Source: a virus (lineage: Duplodnaviria > Caudoviricetes). Taken from it: DNA of 64,000 bases. This document shows, in pieces, positions 1 to 8,224 of the stretch; position 1 is the stretch's first letter; every line of letters starts with the position of its first letter. The translations under genes and the position numbers were made by a program. The notes beneath the pieces were generated by a model. That model was not told the origin of the DNA. It was given only the letters and a program-made list of their open reading frames with translations, and ran no database searches. The stretch lies in IMG/VR virus record IMGVR_UViG_3300046733_000629; one strand, 5' to 3'.

Positions 1-41
1 CTTTTATGTTGCCACCATTGATGCCCAAACATGTTTAACAT
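1..41 (-). CDS. Partial ORF (MLNMFGHQWWQHK...), continues off the left edge
   Basis: ATG at 41 preceded by AAGGA; open to the window edge. Confidence 0.5.
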   Translation of the reverse strand, partial: MLNMFGHQWWQHK

Positions 42-69
42 ATATATTTCCTTTATAGTATATGTTTAT

Positions 70-702
70 TTATTCTATAATTTTTTGCAGAGTTTGAGAC
101 TTAAAATTTTCTAATGTAGATGTGTTAGTTAAGTTAATATCAAAATTCCAACCTGCCCAACTCCATTCGCTTTTATGTACATCAGGAAAAACAACAGACA
201 TACTGTTATGTTCAACATTATTTGCACCTGCTTGATTAATACTAGAAGCAGTAGCCCACCATAATGGTTTCTCATTTCTCCAAACAACTGCTGTTGTTCC
301 ACCTAATTTTTTAATTGCTTTAAGTTCATTAAAAAATCTACAGTCACTAATAACAACATTTTTTGTACACATCTCAATTTGACGTTCACATGCCGCAACC
401 CAGATATCTGGATGGAAATGTGTTCTCAAAACATCAGTGCCTACGTGTTGTAATGCAAATCTTGGAGTAAAATTAGGAATATCTAAACGCTCAGCCCACC
501 ACTCATCAACAGTTTCTCTCCATACTCTACTTTCTGATGTATTTCCTTCTAGTAGGATTCTGTCCCAACCAAATATATTTGCACATGCATCTTTTAATAC
601 TCCTGCAAAACTAATACGTTGAAAGCCTTCTTCGATGAGAAAACCTGCGGCGGTGTCTTTTCCGTGACCAATAAGGCCACATATACCAATTACTTTTTTC
701 AT
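70..702 (-). CDS. gp1: Deoxynucleoside monophosphate kinase (T4 gp1-like)
   Basis: N-terminal P-loop GICGLIGHGKDT, FAGVLKD, TPRFALQHVGTD and VISDCRFFNE motifs. Confidence 0.9.
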   Translation of the reverse strand: MKKVIGICGLIGHGKDTAAGFLIEEGFQRISFAGVLKDACANIFGWDRILLEGNTSESRVWRETVDEWWAERLDIPNFTPRFALQHVGTDVLRTHFHPDIWVAACERQIEMCTKNVVISDCRFFNELKAIKKLGGTTAVVWRNEKPLWWATASSINQAGANNVEHNSMSVVFPDVHKSEWSWAGWNFDINLTNTSTLENFKSQTLQKIIE

Positions 703-708
703 AAATTT

Positions 709-737
709 ATTATAGTGGGTTTTTAATTATTTGTCAA
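709..737 (-). promoter_or_regulatory. Sigma70-type promoter for dNMP kinase, probably leaderless
   Basis: TTGACA-17bp-TATAAT, 6 nt before the ATG. Confidence 0.85.
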
Positions 738-1362
738 TAACAAAGTTATTGTTTCTAAGTTTTTCAACTACGTCTTCAAACTTCTCACCTAATACTTTAA
801 TTCTTAGGTAAATTCTTTCTCTTTTAATAGTAGGTACACCGTGTACAGTCATTCCATTAAATAATGTAGGGTGCTTATTGCTATAGTAGTGATTATATTC
901 AATATCTAAATCATTCCATCCATATTTCTTTTCATAGTTAACATTTCTTTCTGGGGTAACTCCAACTCTACTATAAAAACTAATTGGTTCGCCTGCATCT
1001 TCTGGCATAATAGGAAACATTATTCCACACCACATGTAATGATCAGTATGAGGGTGAAAGCTATAACCTGGATCGTAATGTAATAAATCAATGTCACGTG
1101 GAGCAATAGGTTGTTTGAAGTTAAACATATTAACGTATTTTTCTATTACTGGATAATCAAGTAAGTTTTTGCCTTCAGTTTTTTGTACTGCAATAGCGTT
1201 CATACCTGTTCTGCCTTTGAACTCTCTCTTTTCTGGAGAAAGGTATTGCATATAATCTCCAAATTGCATTATATTATGTTTATGTTGATTTACAAAATCT
1301 AATAGTTCTAACCTATCGTATGTTACTTCGTCGATAGTACAGTGGTGATTACCAAGTTGCAT
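727..1362 (-). CDS. 2OG-Fe(II) oxygenase-like protein
   Basis: HxD (HPHTD), distal His (VHGVP) and basic residues in the following strand. Confidence 0.65.
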   Translation of the reverse strand: MQLGNHHCTIDEVTYDRLELLDFVNQHKHNIMQFGDYMQYLSPEKREFKGRTGMNAIAVQKTEGKNLLDYPVIEKYVNMFNFKQPIAPRDIDLLHYDPGYSFHPHTDHYMWCGIMFPIMPEDAGEPISFYSRVGVTPERNVNYEKKYGWNDLDIEYNHYYSNKHPTLFNGMTVHGVPTIKRERIYLRIKVLGEKFEDVVEKLRNNNFVIDK

Positions 1363-1365
1363 TTT

Positions 1366-2103
1366 TTACCCTATTACAAAGCCAAGTCCTGTACTTCCAT
1401 CGTTGTATAATGTTAGTTCAGTTTCTAATTTATCAATTTCTGCTTGTGCGTCTGCTCTAAGTTGATCTGCGTTCATTGTAGTACCACCTTGTGGTCCTGC
1501 AATCTGTGTAAATTTACCACGTGCTTCTGATAAGATCATTTTAGCATGAGCAAATGCATAATCTTTTAACCAAGGTCCTGCATATGTATCTTCTAATAAA
1601 CTTTCTGTTGGTCTATAATTGTAGCAATGCAATACTGCATTGTCATTTGCTTTAATTTTACGCTGTAAAATTAATTTTTTATCTTGAGGTCTCCAAGTAA
1701 ACATTATTTCAGCACCAAATAGTCTACCCATTGTTTCTCTATTCTGTTGTAAGAAATCAAATGATGCTAATCCACCATTTCTACTACTTCCTAATAGGTA
1801 CGTATTAATGTAAGCGGCTTGGAATGGTTCTATATCGTTACCTGTTCCACTACTTACACCAGTTGTTCTACGATAAATGTCACGAACTTCCATTACTTCT
1901 TCAGGTAAAGTATATTCACTTTGATCCTTTATCATATCTAATATAATAAAGCTCTCCTCAACTGCGTTTTCTGCACGTTGTCTATACTTTGATAAAGATT
2001 TGTCTATTGCTAGCTCATAATGTTCCGGATCTAGCTCAACATCAATCATTCCACCACCTAGGCGAAGTTCTATTTCTTTTTGAAGTTTGTTTGATGCACT
2101 CAT
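1366..2103 (-). CDS. gp13: Neck / head-tail adaptor protein (gp13-like)
   Basis: IELRLGGGMIDVELDPEHY...WLKDYA..AK..L...RGKF..IAGPQGG.TMN pattern. Confidence 0.85.
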   Translation of the reverse strand: MSASNKLQKEIELRLGGGMIDVELDPEHYELAIDKSLSKYRQRAENAVEESFIILDMIKDQSEYTLPEEVMEVRDIYRRTTGVSSGTGNDIEPFQAAYINTYLLGSSRNGGLASFDFLQQNRETMGRLFGAEIMFTWRPQDKKLILQRKIKANDNAVLHCYNYRPTESLLEDTYAGPWLKDYAFAHAKMILSEARGKFTQIAGPQGGTTMNADQLRADAQAEIDKLETELTLYNDGSTGLGFVIG

Positions 2104-2126
2104 TTACGTTATTCTCCTGCTGTATG

Positions 2127-2133
2127 TATTTAT
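2127..2133 (-). promoter_or_regulatory. Late promoter (ATAAATA) for gp13
   Basis: T4-late-like motif followed by AGGAG and the ATG. Confidence 0.7.
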
Positions 2134-2141
2134 CATAACAA

Positions 2142-2861
2142 CTAGAAATTTATTGTACGTTTACCAATCCTGACAGGGTTATTTAAACACTCTTCTAGAT
2201 ATTTTCTAGCTACATTTTGCCATATTGGGTACTGCTCGTCTTTAATATCATCAATAAACAGTAATTGTTCAAAATTTGTATCTTTATATAATGAACAATA
2301 ATGTTTAATATATGTAGTGTCTACTAGTTTAAGTTCGTCTTTAAATGAACTTGTATTAATTATGCCAGGTGTGTGATCGGTATATGTTAATCCATTCCAA
2401 GCATCATTGACATTTTGAAAACGAGTATATGGCTGATCAGCATCTGGATAATTATAGTCTATGTATATAATTTCATTTACTGCTTGGCGTTGTGCCCATC
2501 TTGCAAACAGTCTGCTTTTACCAGGATGAACATTAACTCTACCAGGAATCCAATATGCAACTGGCTTGTAAATTATATCTTGATCTGCCATATGCAAATT
2601 CTGTACTACATATCTGCATTGCTGTCCTGTCTGCATATGGAAAAAATTTTTACTATTGTTAATATAGTATTCGTAATGTTCATCTATTTCTTTCCAATTT
2701 TTTCTTACAAACCTTACCCAAGGTGCAAGAGTAGAGTATAATATTTCTGGAATACTTAGACTATAATTTCTAATATTAGATGCGTCGAAATAACCTATGT
2801 TTCCGCCGCATTCTATATGATTGTCATACCATTTTACAAAGTCATTATATGCATTATCCAT
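2142..2861 (-). CDS. Hypothetical protein, possible ParB/Srx-like core
   Basis: 239-aa ORF in operon orientation; VHPGKSRLFA loosely resembles the ParB-type GxxRxxA motif. Confidence 0.5.
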   Translation of the reverse strand: MDNAYNDFVKWYDNHIECGGNIGYFDASNIRNYSLSIPEILYSTLAPWVRFVRKNWKEIDEHYEYYINNSKNFFHMQTGQQCRYVVQNLHMADQDIIYKPVAYWIPGRVNVHPGKSRLFARWAQRQAVNEIIYIDYNYPDADQPYTRFQNVNDAWNGLTYTDHTPGIINTSSFKDELKLVDTTYIKHYCSLYKDTNFEQLLFIDDIKDEQYPIWQNVARKYLEECLNNPVRIGKRTINF

Positions 2862-2865
2862 GCAA

Positions 2866-4158
2866 TTATTTATTAAATGTTGCTAGTAGTATAACTTCGC
2901 CGTTTACTCGACCGTTTAGTTTAGTTTCTGTTGTCTTTAATGTTTCGAACAACTTTTCTGTTTTAGATCTTGTAGCTTTTTTAACTTCTGGTAAGAATTC
3001 AGCAGGTTTACGAACAGTACGTTGTACACTTTTGTCTTCATCGTAACCTATTATAGTAGTTCCTTTAACACTTAGTCCACTACCTTCACGTTTTAATCCC
3101 ATAGGATCTACATTCTTAGCATAATACATTCCTATCTTACGGTTCTTAGTGTTAAAAACCACCAGTATTCGGGCGTAAACAATATCTGCTGGTGTTATGC
3201 TACCTAAACCATAATCAGTGTCTGTTTGCTTAAATTTGAGCTTCTTAACAATATCTTCTGGACTCTTTGTACGAGTCTTACGTGGCTTACGATTTGCTTT
3301 ACTTTCTGCTTCAACAATATCACATGCATCTACTATTTTACGATATACTTCTAATAGTGCTTTTTTCTGTTGAGCATTAAGGTGATTATATCCTTCTTCT
3401 AATTGTTCACGCCAGTCATCAATTTTATCTTTAGGAATTTTAGTATTAAGTTCTGTGTATTCTTCTAATCCGTGAATATACCCTTTACGTATAATACGTG
3501 CATGAGCTTGCTTAACACCTGCTCTACGAAACATCTCAACTGGAGCAAAGTCTTTTACAAATTTTAAATCATAACCTGAGTTAACCCAGTCGTCTAAAAA
3601 TTGTTCAACTTCATCAGTCATTTGCATTGCGGCTTTATGAAGCAAATCTTGTATTGTAGGTTTATATACATTCGCTGTTCGTTTAGCTTCTGCTTCTGCT
3701 AATTTTTCAGCTTCTTCTACAAACGTTGAACCTTCTTCAATTGCATTAGTAATACGTGATTTAATATATGTAGAAATTGGCTGAGGTGTACCGCCTGTAC
3801 CAGGAAGACTTTCCCAATATGCATTCCATGCTAGGTGTATATCAGGACAACCCATTGTAAGCATACGACAGTAATATCCTGTTACTGCACTAAGTGATTG
3901 GCTTTTTGCTGCCTTTACACATTTAATATCTTTTTTTGTATAATCATTTGCAAGCATCCAATCATATGCATACTCAACTAAATCGCTTGCTTTATAATTA
4001 CGATAATAATATTCAGTTGCATGTTGTCTTTTAACATGATATTCTTTACCAGACCAACCGTCTGCACCCTCCCATGAAGGATCTTGTAATGAACCTTTAC
4101 GGATTCGTTGTGAAGGTGCTCTTGCTTTTTTCTTTTTAGTAGCTTTGGGTAATGCCAT
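2866..4158 (-). CDS. Conserved T4-like phage hypothetical protein
   Basis: 430 aa; C-terminal VVFNTKNRKIG...GLSVKGTTI...RKP motif that I recall from T4-like phages; function unknown. Confidence 0.6.
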   Translation of the reverse strand: MALPKATKKKKARAPSQRIRKGSLQDPSWEGADGWSGKEYHVKRQHATEYYYRNYKASDLVEYAYDWMLANDYTKKDIKCVKAAKSQSLSAVTGYYCRMLTMGCPDIHLAWNAYWESLPGTGGTPQPISTYIKSRITNAIEEGSTFVEEAEKLAEAEAKRTANVYKPTIQDLLHKAAMQMTDEVEQFLDDWVNSGYDLKFVKDFAPVEMFRRAGVKQAHARIIRKGYIHGLEEYTELNTKIPKDKIDDWREQLEEGYNHLNAQQKKALLEVYRKIVDACDIVEAESKANRKPRKTRTKSPEDIVKKLKFKQTDTDYGLGSITPADIVYARILVVFNTKNRKIGMYYAKNVDPMGLKREGSGLSVKGTTIIGYDEDKSVQRTVRKPAEFLPEVKKATRSKTEKLFETLKTTETKLNGRVNGEVILLATFNK

Positions 4159-4161
4159 TGC

Positions 4162-4299
4162 TTATACTCCGTGATAATCTTCGAACATATGACGATCTAG
4201 TTCGTCTGCTTTATTTTGATACTTATCAATTAAAGACAAAACTTCGTCGGTTTGAGGTAATTTTTTTAATTCTTCGATGAATTCTAACAACTCCATCAT
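4162..4299 (-). CDS. 45-aa acidic small protein (MMELLEFIEELKKLPQTDEV...), not in ORF track
   Basis: AGGAG RBS, own sigma70 promoter upstream, stop 3 nt before the next start. Confidence 0.7.
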   Translation of the reverse strand: MMELLEFIEELKKLPQTDEVLSLIDKYQNKADELDRHMFEDYHGV

Positions 4300-4326
4300 A
4301 GTATGATTACTCCTGTGAATGTTCTA

Positions 4327-4355
4327 AGTATACGGCTTCTAGTTTATAGTGTCAA
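4327..4355 (-). promoter_or_regulatory. Sigma70-type early promoter
   Basis: ggTTGACA-17bp-TATACT overlapping the end of the upstream gene. Confidence 0.85.
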
Positions 4356-4698
4356 CCGGTTTGAATCCAAAATTAGCAACTACATGTTGAGAACCCGATG
4401 AATCTTCAACAATATCTCCAACACTAACACTATACATACGAGATAAACGTTCTATATTTTCTTCAGGACCCATGTTACCTGTGTGAAACACGCCTTCTAA
4501 TCCATCAGCGGTAATGTTACTAACATGTGTATAGTAGCCTCGGTTAAAAGCATCAGCGGCAACTGTACCAATTTCATTTTTACTAAAGTTCATGTCTAGC
4601 TTTAATGATTGTTTATGAACAGCATCGTGTCCTTCAGCATTAACTAGATCTATTTCGGCATCTGTTAAATGAATTTGGTATAATTTATATGTTTGCAT
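4339..4698 (-). CDS. YodL-like domain protein
   Basis: N-terminal YKLYQI and C-terminal RMYSVSVGDIV, matching the YodL-type SxSVxDxV motif. Confidence 0.55.
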   Translation of the reverse strand: MQTYKLYQIHLTDAEIDLVNAEGHDAVHKQSLKLDMNFSKNEIGTVAADAFNRGYYTHVSNITADGLEGVFHTGNMGPEENIERLSRMYSVSVGDIVEDSSGSQHVVANFGFKPVDTIN

Positions 4699-4727
4699 TT
4701 CTGACTCCTTTAATTAACTATACATAC

Positions 4728-4756
4728 AGTATACGATAAGACGTCTTGGTTGTCAA
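4728..4756 (-). promoter_or_regulatory. Sigma70-type early promoter
   Basis: ggTTGACA-17bp-TATACT, then AAGGAG RBS. Confidence 0.9.
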
Positions 4757-4770
4757 CCTTTAGTCGTCAG

Positions 4771-4796
4771 AAAAAACCCAATAAAATCAATGGGTT
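4771..4796 (-). terminator. Intrinsic terminator after the halogenase-like gene
   Basis: AACCCA...TGGGTT stem followed by a T run on the minus strand. Confidence 0.55.
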
Positions 4797-4811
4797 ATAA
4801 TTTTTTTAAAT

Positions 4812-6017
4812 TTATTTTGATTTATAGTGAATTAATTTGTCATAATATAGTGCTAAAGTAGCCCATATTGCGTCTGGGTACAAGTTAGTATATTTGTTTC
4901 CCATTTTATGATAATTTTCCCATACTGTTTTACTTACATCAAACTTACTGTAATATTTCCAAAAATCAGTATCTGTTCTATCACTTAACATGTAATGATG
5001 TTTTATATATGTACTATTATCATTCCAAACATTACGCATTGCTCTATTGTAAGTTTTAGCCCCATATCCACGTTTTAAGCACCGTACAAGCGTTGTTATA
5101 CTGAATTGCGTCATAAACAGTGCATTACTTTCTAAAGGGTCTATAAAGCCGTTACTGAGCCCTACTGCAACTACATTATTGTGCCAGGGATTAGCTAAGA
5201 CACTAGGATTCCATTTTAACAGTCTAGGTGTTTTTCCCATAAAGGGAGTTCTGTGTGCATTTACTTTATTAAACTCTGCAAGTGCATCTTCGTCAGTTTG
5301 ATGTTTGCTACTAAACACATATCCTGTTCCAATTCTATTTGTTAAATCAATTATAAATTGCCAACCATTACTACGTGCTACGCTTTGAGTGTATCCTTGT
5401 ACATCATTATCTTGCAATTCAAAAGGACAAACCCATGCTCTATCTACTAAATGATTTTCTAATTGTACTTCAGTATTGTCTTTTACAAATTTTCTACGAA
5501 ACCCTGTGCAGTCTATATATAAATCATATCCCTCTGGTAACTCGTCTAATGTGTCTATAATGTGAGTTACATTTTTACAATTATTTTTAACTATGTCTCC
5601 GGCTTTTTCAGCATCTAAGTGATATGCAGTTGCTTGCCAGCCACCTTTGTGATATAGTTGATCATTAATGTTATGCTTATCAACAATACCACTATCGTAT
5701 TGTTGTTTCCATTTATCAAAAACATTATTATCATTAAACCAAAAGGTGAATGCAAACGGATCGCCATTTGGCTTATTCCATTGACTCTTTATGTTTCCAA
5801 ATTTCTTTTGTGCATTACTTTTTTCCATCCATTCGTCTTCTGACATTCCCATGTCTTCAAAGAATTGTGCAATCTGTGGTAATGTACTTTCGCCTACGCC
5901 TATAATAGGAATATCACTACTTTCAATAAGTGTAATATCATAATCTGGAAATTGTTTTTCTAAGTATCCTGCGGCCCACCATCCAGTAGTTCCGCCTCCA
6001 ATAATACAAATTTTCAT
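4812..6017 (-). CDS. Tryptophan-halogenase (PrnA) family flavoprotein
   Basis: IIGGGTTG FAD motif, IGVGESTLP, YIDCTGF, VGLSNGFIDPLES.ALF. Confidence 0.85.
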   Translation of the reverse strand: MKICIIGGGTTGWWAAGYLEKQFPDYDITLIESSDIPIIGVGESTLPQIAQFFEDMGMSEDEWMEKSNAQKKFGNIKSQWNKPNGDPFAFTFWFNDNNVFDKWKQQYDSGIVDKHNINDQLYHKGGWQATAYHLDAEKAGDIVKNNCKNVTHIIDTLDELPEGYDLYIDCTGFRRKFVKDNTEVQLENHLVDRAWVCPFELQDNDVQGYTQSVARSNGWQFIIDLTNRIGTGYVFSSKHQTDEDALAEFNKVNAHRTPFMGKTPRLLKWNPSVLANPWHNNVVAVGLSNGFIDPLESNALFMTQFSITTLVRCLKRGYGAKTYNRAMRNVWNDNSTYIKHHYMLSDRTDTDFWKYYSKFDVSKTVWENYHKMGNKYTNLYPDAIWATLALYYDKLIHYKSK

Positions 6018-6036
6018 AGTTGTTCCTTATATGTAT

Positions 6037-6074
6037 TATTTATAATAACGCAGGCGTATTTTACCTGCGTTATT
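6037..6074 (-). promoter_or_regulatory. Perfect 11-bp hairpin directly followed by late promoter ATAAATA
   Basis: AATAACGCAGG/CCTGCGTTATT (6044-6074); ATAAATA at 6037-6043; AAGGA RBS. Confidence 0.7.
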
Positions 6075-6080
6075 AAATTT

Positions 6081-7052
6081 TTATTTTTCTTCAATTAGTC
6101 TTTCAAACTCTCTCAAACGTTTATATACGCTTGCTAGTTCAATAATAGTAGGCCATGCTTTAAGTATATATTGCATTGAACCTTCTACTCTACCAAAAGC
6201 TCTAATAATTTGTTGCATCACACCTAGTGTTACAACACCTGCTACAATAGCTGGTGCTAAAAATACATAAGCTGATAATACATTTGCTTGTAAATATGAA
6301 ATTCTACCTATATTAAAATACAAGTATCTAATATAAGATTTAAAGTGAATACTTCTTACATCTTGAAATAATTCATCAATTCTTTTAGGACGAATTGTCA
6401 CATCATCTTCTGCAATTACAAGTATTTTTCTGTAAGCTGCTTCTTTCTTTTGTAAATCATATTCTACTCCAACTAGACGTAATAACCAACCTAATCCAAT
6501 TAAGAATATTGTTCCTCCAATACTCCAAATTAACGCACCAGTTACTAGTCCATATTGCCAATCACCAAAGAAGAAGATTGGAATACCAACTGATAGTCCT
6601 AATAGAATAGGAACAAATTGTACTAGAACCATTACTGATTCAATTAAACTTGTACCAAGTCCTTCCATGATACGACTAAACTTAATAGTATCTTCTTGTA
6701 CACGTTGAGCTGCACCTTCAATAGTACGTGCTTTGTCGTATACACTATGATACCATTCAACCATTGCTGCTCTCCATCTAAACAAATAGTGTGCAGTAAA
6801 GTAACTAACAACTACGGCAATCAAAACATAAATTGCAGCCAAGTAAATAAAAGTTCCTAAACTACTCCAATATTCTGTAATTGTAATAGCGTTTGGTGCA
6901 CCAAGTGCTTTTTGAATCATATCGTAAAACTGCCCAAACCATTCATTAATTTTAACGTCAATTTGAACTTGTACCCATAATGAACTTAGGATAATAGCTG
7001 AACCCAGCCACGACCACAATGCCCATTGTTTTTGTGTGAAAAATCTAAACAT
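6081..7052 (-). CDS. sbmA: SbmA/BacA-family peptide transporter
   Basis: INEWFGQFYDMIQKAL, FRWRAAM, IEGAAQRVQEDT, QKKEAAYRK.LV, IIELASVYKRLREFE; several TM segments. Confidence 0.9.
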   Translation of the reverse strand: MFRFFTQKQWALWSWLGSAIILSSLWVQVQIDVKINEWFGQFYDMIQKALGAPNAITITEYWSSLGTFIYLAAIYVLIAVVVSYFTAHYLFRWRAAMVEWYHSVYDKARTIEGAAQRVQEDTIKFSRIMEGLGTSLIESVMVLVQFVPILLGLSVGIPIFFFGDWQYGLVTGALIWSIGGTIFLIGLGWLLRLVGVEYDLQKKEAAYRKILVIAEDDVTIRPKRIDELFQDVRSIHFKSYIRYLYFNIGRISYLQANVLSAYVFLAPAIVAGVVTLGVMQQIIRAFGRVEGSMQYILKAWPTIIELASVYKRLREFERLIEEK

Positions 7053-7096
7053 TTTCTTTTCCTTATATAAAATGCAGAATTAACTACATACATATC

Positions 7097-7135
7097 TATT
7101 TATGGCAACTATAGTATGACTAATTTGCATAAATA
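7097..7135. promoter_or_regulatory. Back-to-back late promoters (sbmA leftward, gp14 rightward)
   Basis: TATTTAT 7097-7103 and ATAAATA 7129-7135. Confidence 0.7.
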
Positions 7136-7156
7136 CAATATAACAAGGAAACCTGC

Positions 7157-8224
7157 ATGCCAAGATTAAGTTTATATAAACCATTTAAAGGTAACGACTA
7201 TAAGTTTATGGATCACGCAATACGTGAACAATTCGATATAGGTGGTACTGGAATACACGTACACAAATACCTAGGACCGGATCCTAAGAACGATAGTAAA
7301 GATCCTAGCGAGCCTAATTATGGCAGTGGTATGGAAATAGATAATATTACAGGAGAAGAAATTAATCCTGAAGGTTTAATTGACGAAACAAACATACAAG
7401 ACTTATTGTTTATGGAAAACAGAGATCGTAAATACGATCCTGACGTATTTGAACTACGTGGTGTATATAATGTTAGTGATAATGATTTTGATTTAACACA
7501 ATTTGGTTTATTTTTAACAAATGATACATTGTTTATTAGTTTTCATATTAACGATATGGTAGAACGTTTAGGGCGTAGACTTATGCCAGGTGATGTAATT
7601 GAATTACCACATTTACGTGATGAACTTTTACTTACTAACGCTAGAGATGCTATTAATAAATTTTATGTAGTGCAAGATGCCGCTAGAGGAAGTGAAGGAT
7701 TTTCACAAACTTGGTATCCACACATTTGGCGTGTTAAAGTAGCACCATTAACAGATACACAAGAATACGCAGATATACTTGGAACTGCTAATGATCCAGA
7801 TAGTCTTAAAAATGATATAAGTGCATACAAAACAGAACTTAACATTAGTAATGCTATTGTAAAGAGTGCTGAAGCTGCTGACCCACTAGGATTACCATTA
7901 GCTGACCATTTATTTGGTGTAGAGACTGAAGATAAAACATATAAGCATGGTGAGACATTAGAACAAGGCGATCAGTTTCCAGTAAGTCCAAACGAAGGTG
8001 AGTATTTTGTAAGAACAGACTTTACACCTAATAGACTTTTTGTCAGAAGAGGCAATAAATGGCATAGATTATATGATAATGTTACTGATCAAACATGGAG
8101 TGATAGAACATATAATGCTAGTAGCTTTATTAATAACAATGCTACTACAGTTATCGACGATAAAGAGTTTCCTGAAAAGCAAGCACTTAGTCAAGTTATT
8201 AAACCAAAGAGTGATTTTGAATAA
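7157..8224 (+). CDS. gp14: Neck / head closure protein (gp14-like)
   Basis: IQDLLFMENRDR.YD...LRGVY...FDLTQFGLF...PGDVIELPH pattern. Confidence 0.8.
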   Translation: MPRLSLYKPFKGNDYKFMDHAIREQFDIGGTGIHVHKYLGPDPKNDSKDPSEPNYGSGMEIDNITGEEINPEGLIDETNIQDLLFMENRDRKYDPDVFELRGVYNVSDNDFDLTQFGLFLTNDTLFISFHINDMVERLGRRLMPGDVIELPHLRDELLLTNARDAINKFYVVQDAARGSEGFSQTWYPHIWRVKVAPLTDTQEYADILGTANDPDSLKNDISAYKTELNISNAIVKSAEAADPLGLPLADHLFGVETEDKTYKHGETLEQGDQFPVSPNEGEYFVRTDFTPNRLFVRRGNKWHRLYDNVTDQTWSDRTYNASSFINNNATTVIDDKEFPEKQALSQVIKPKSDFE

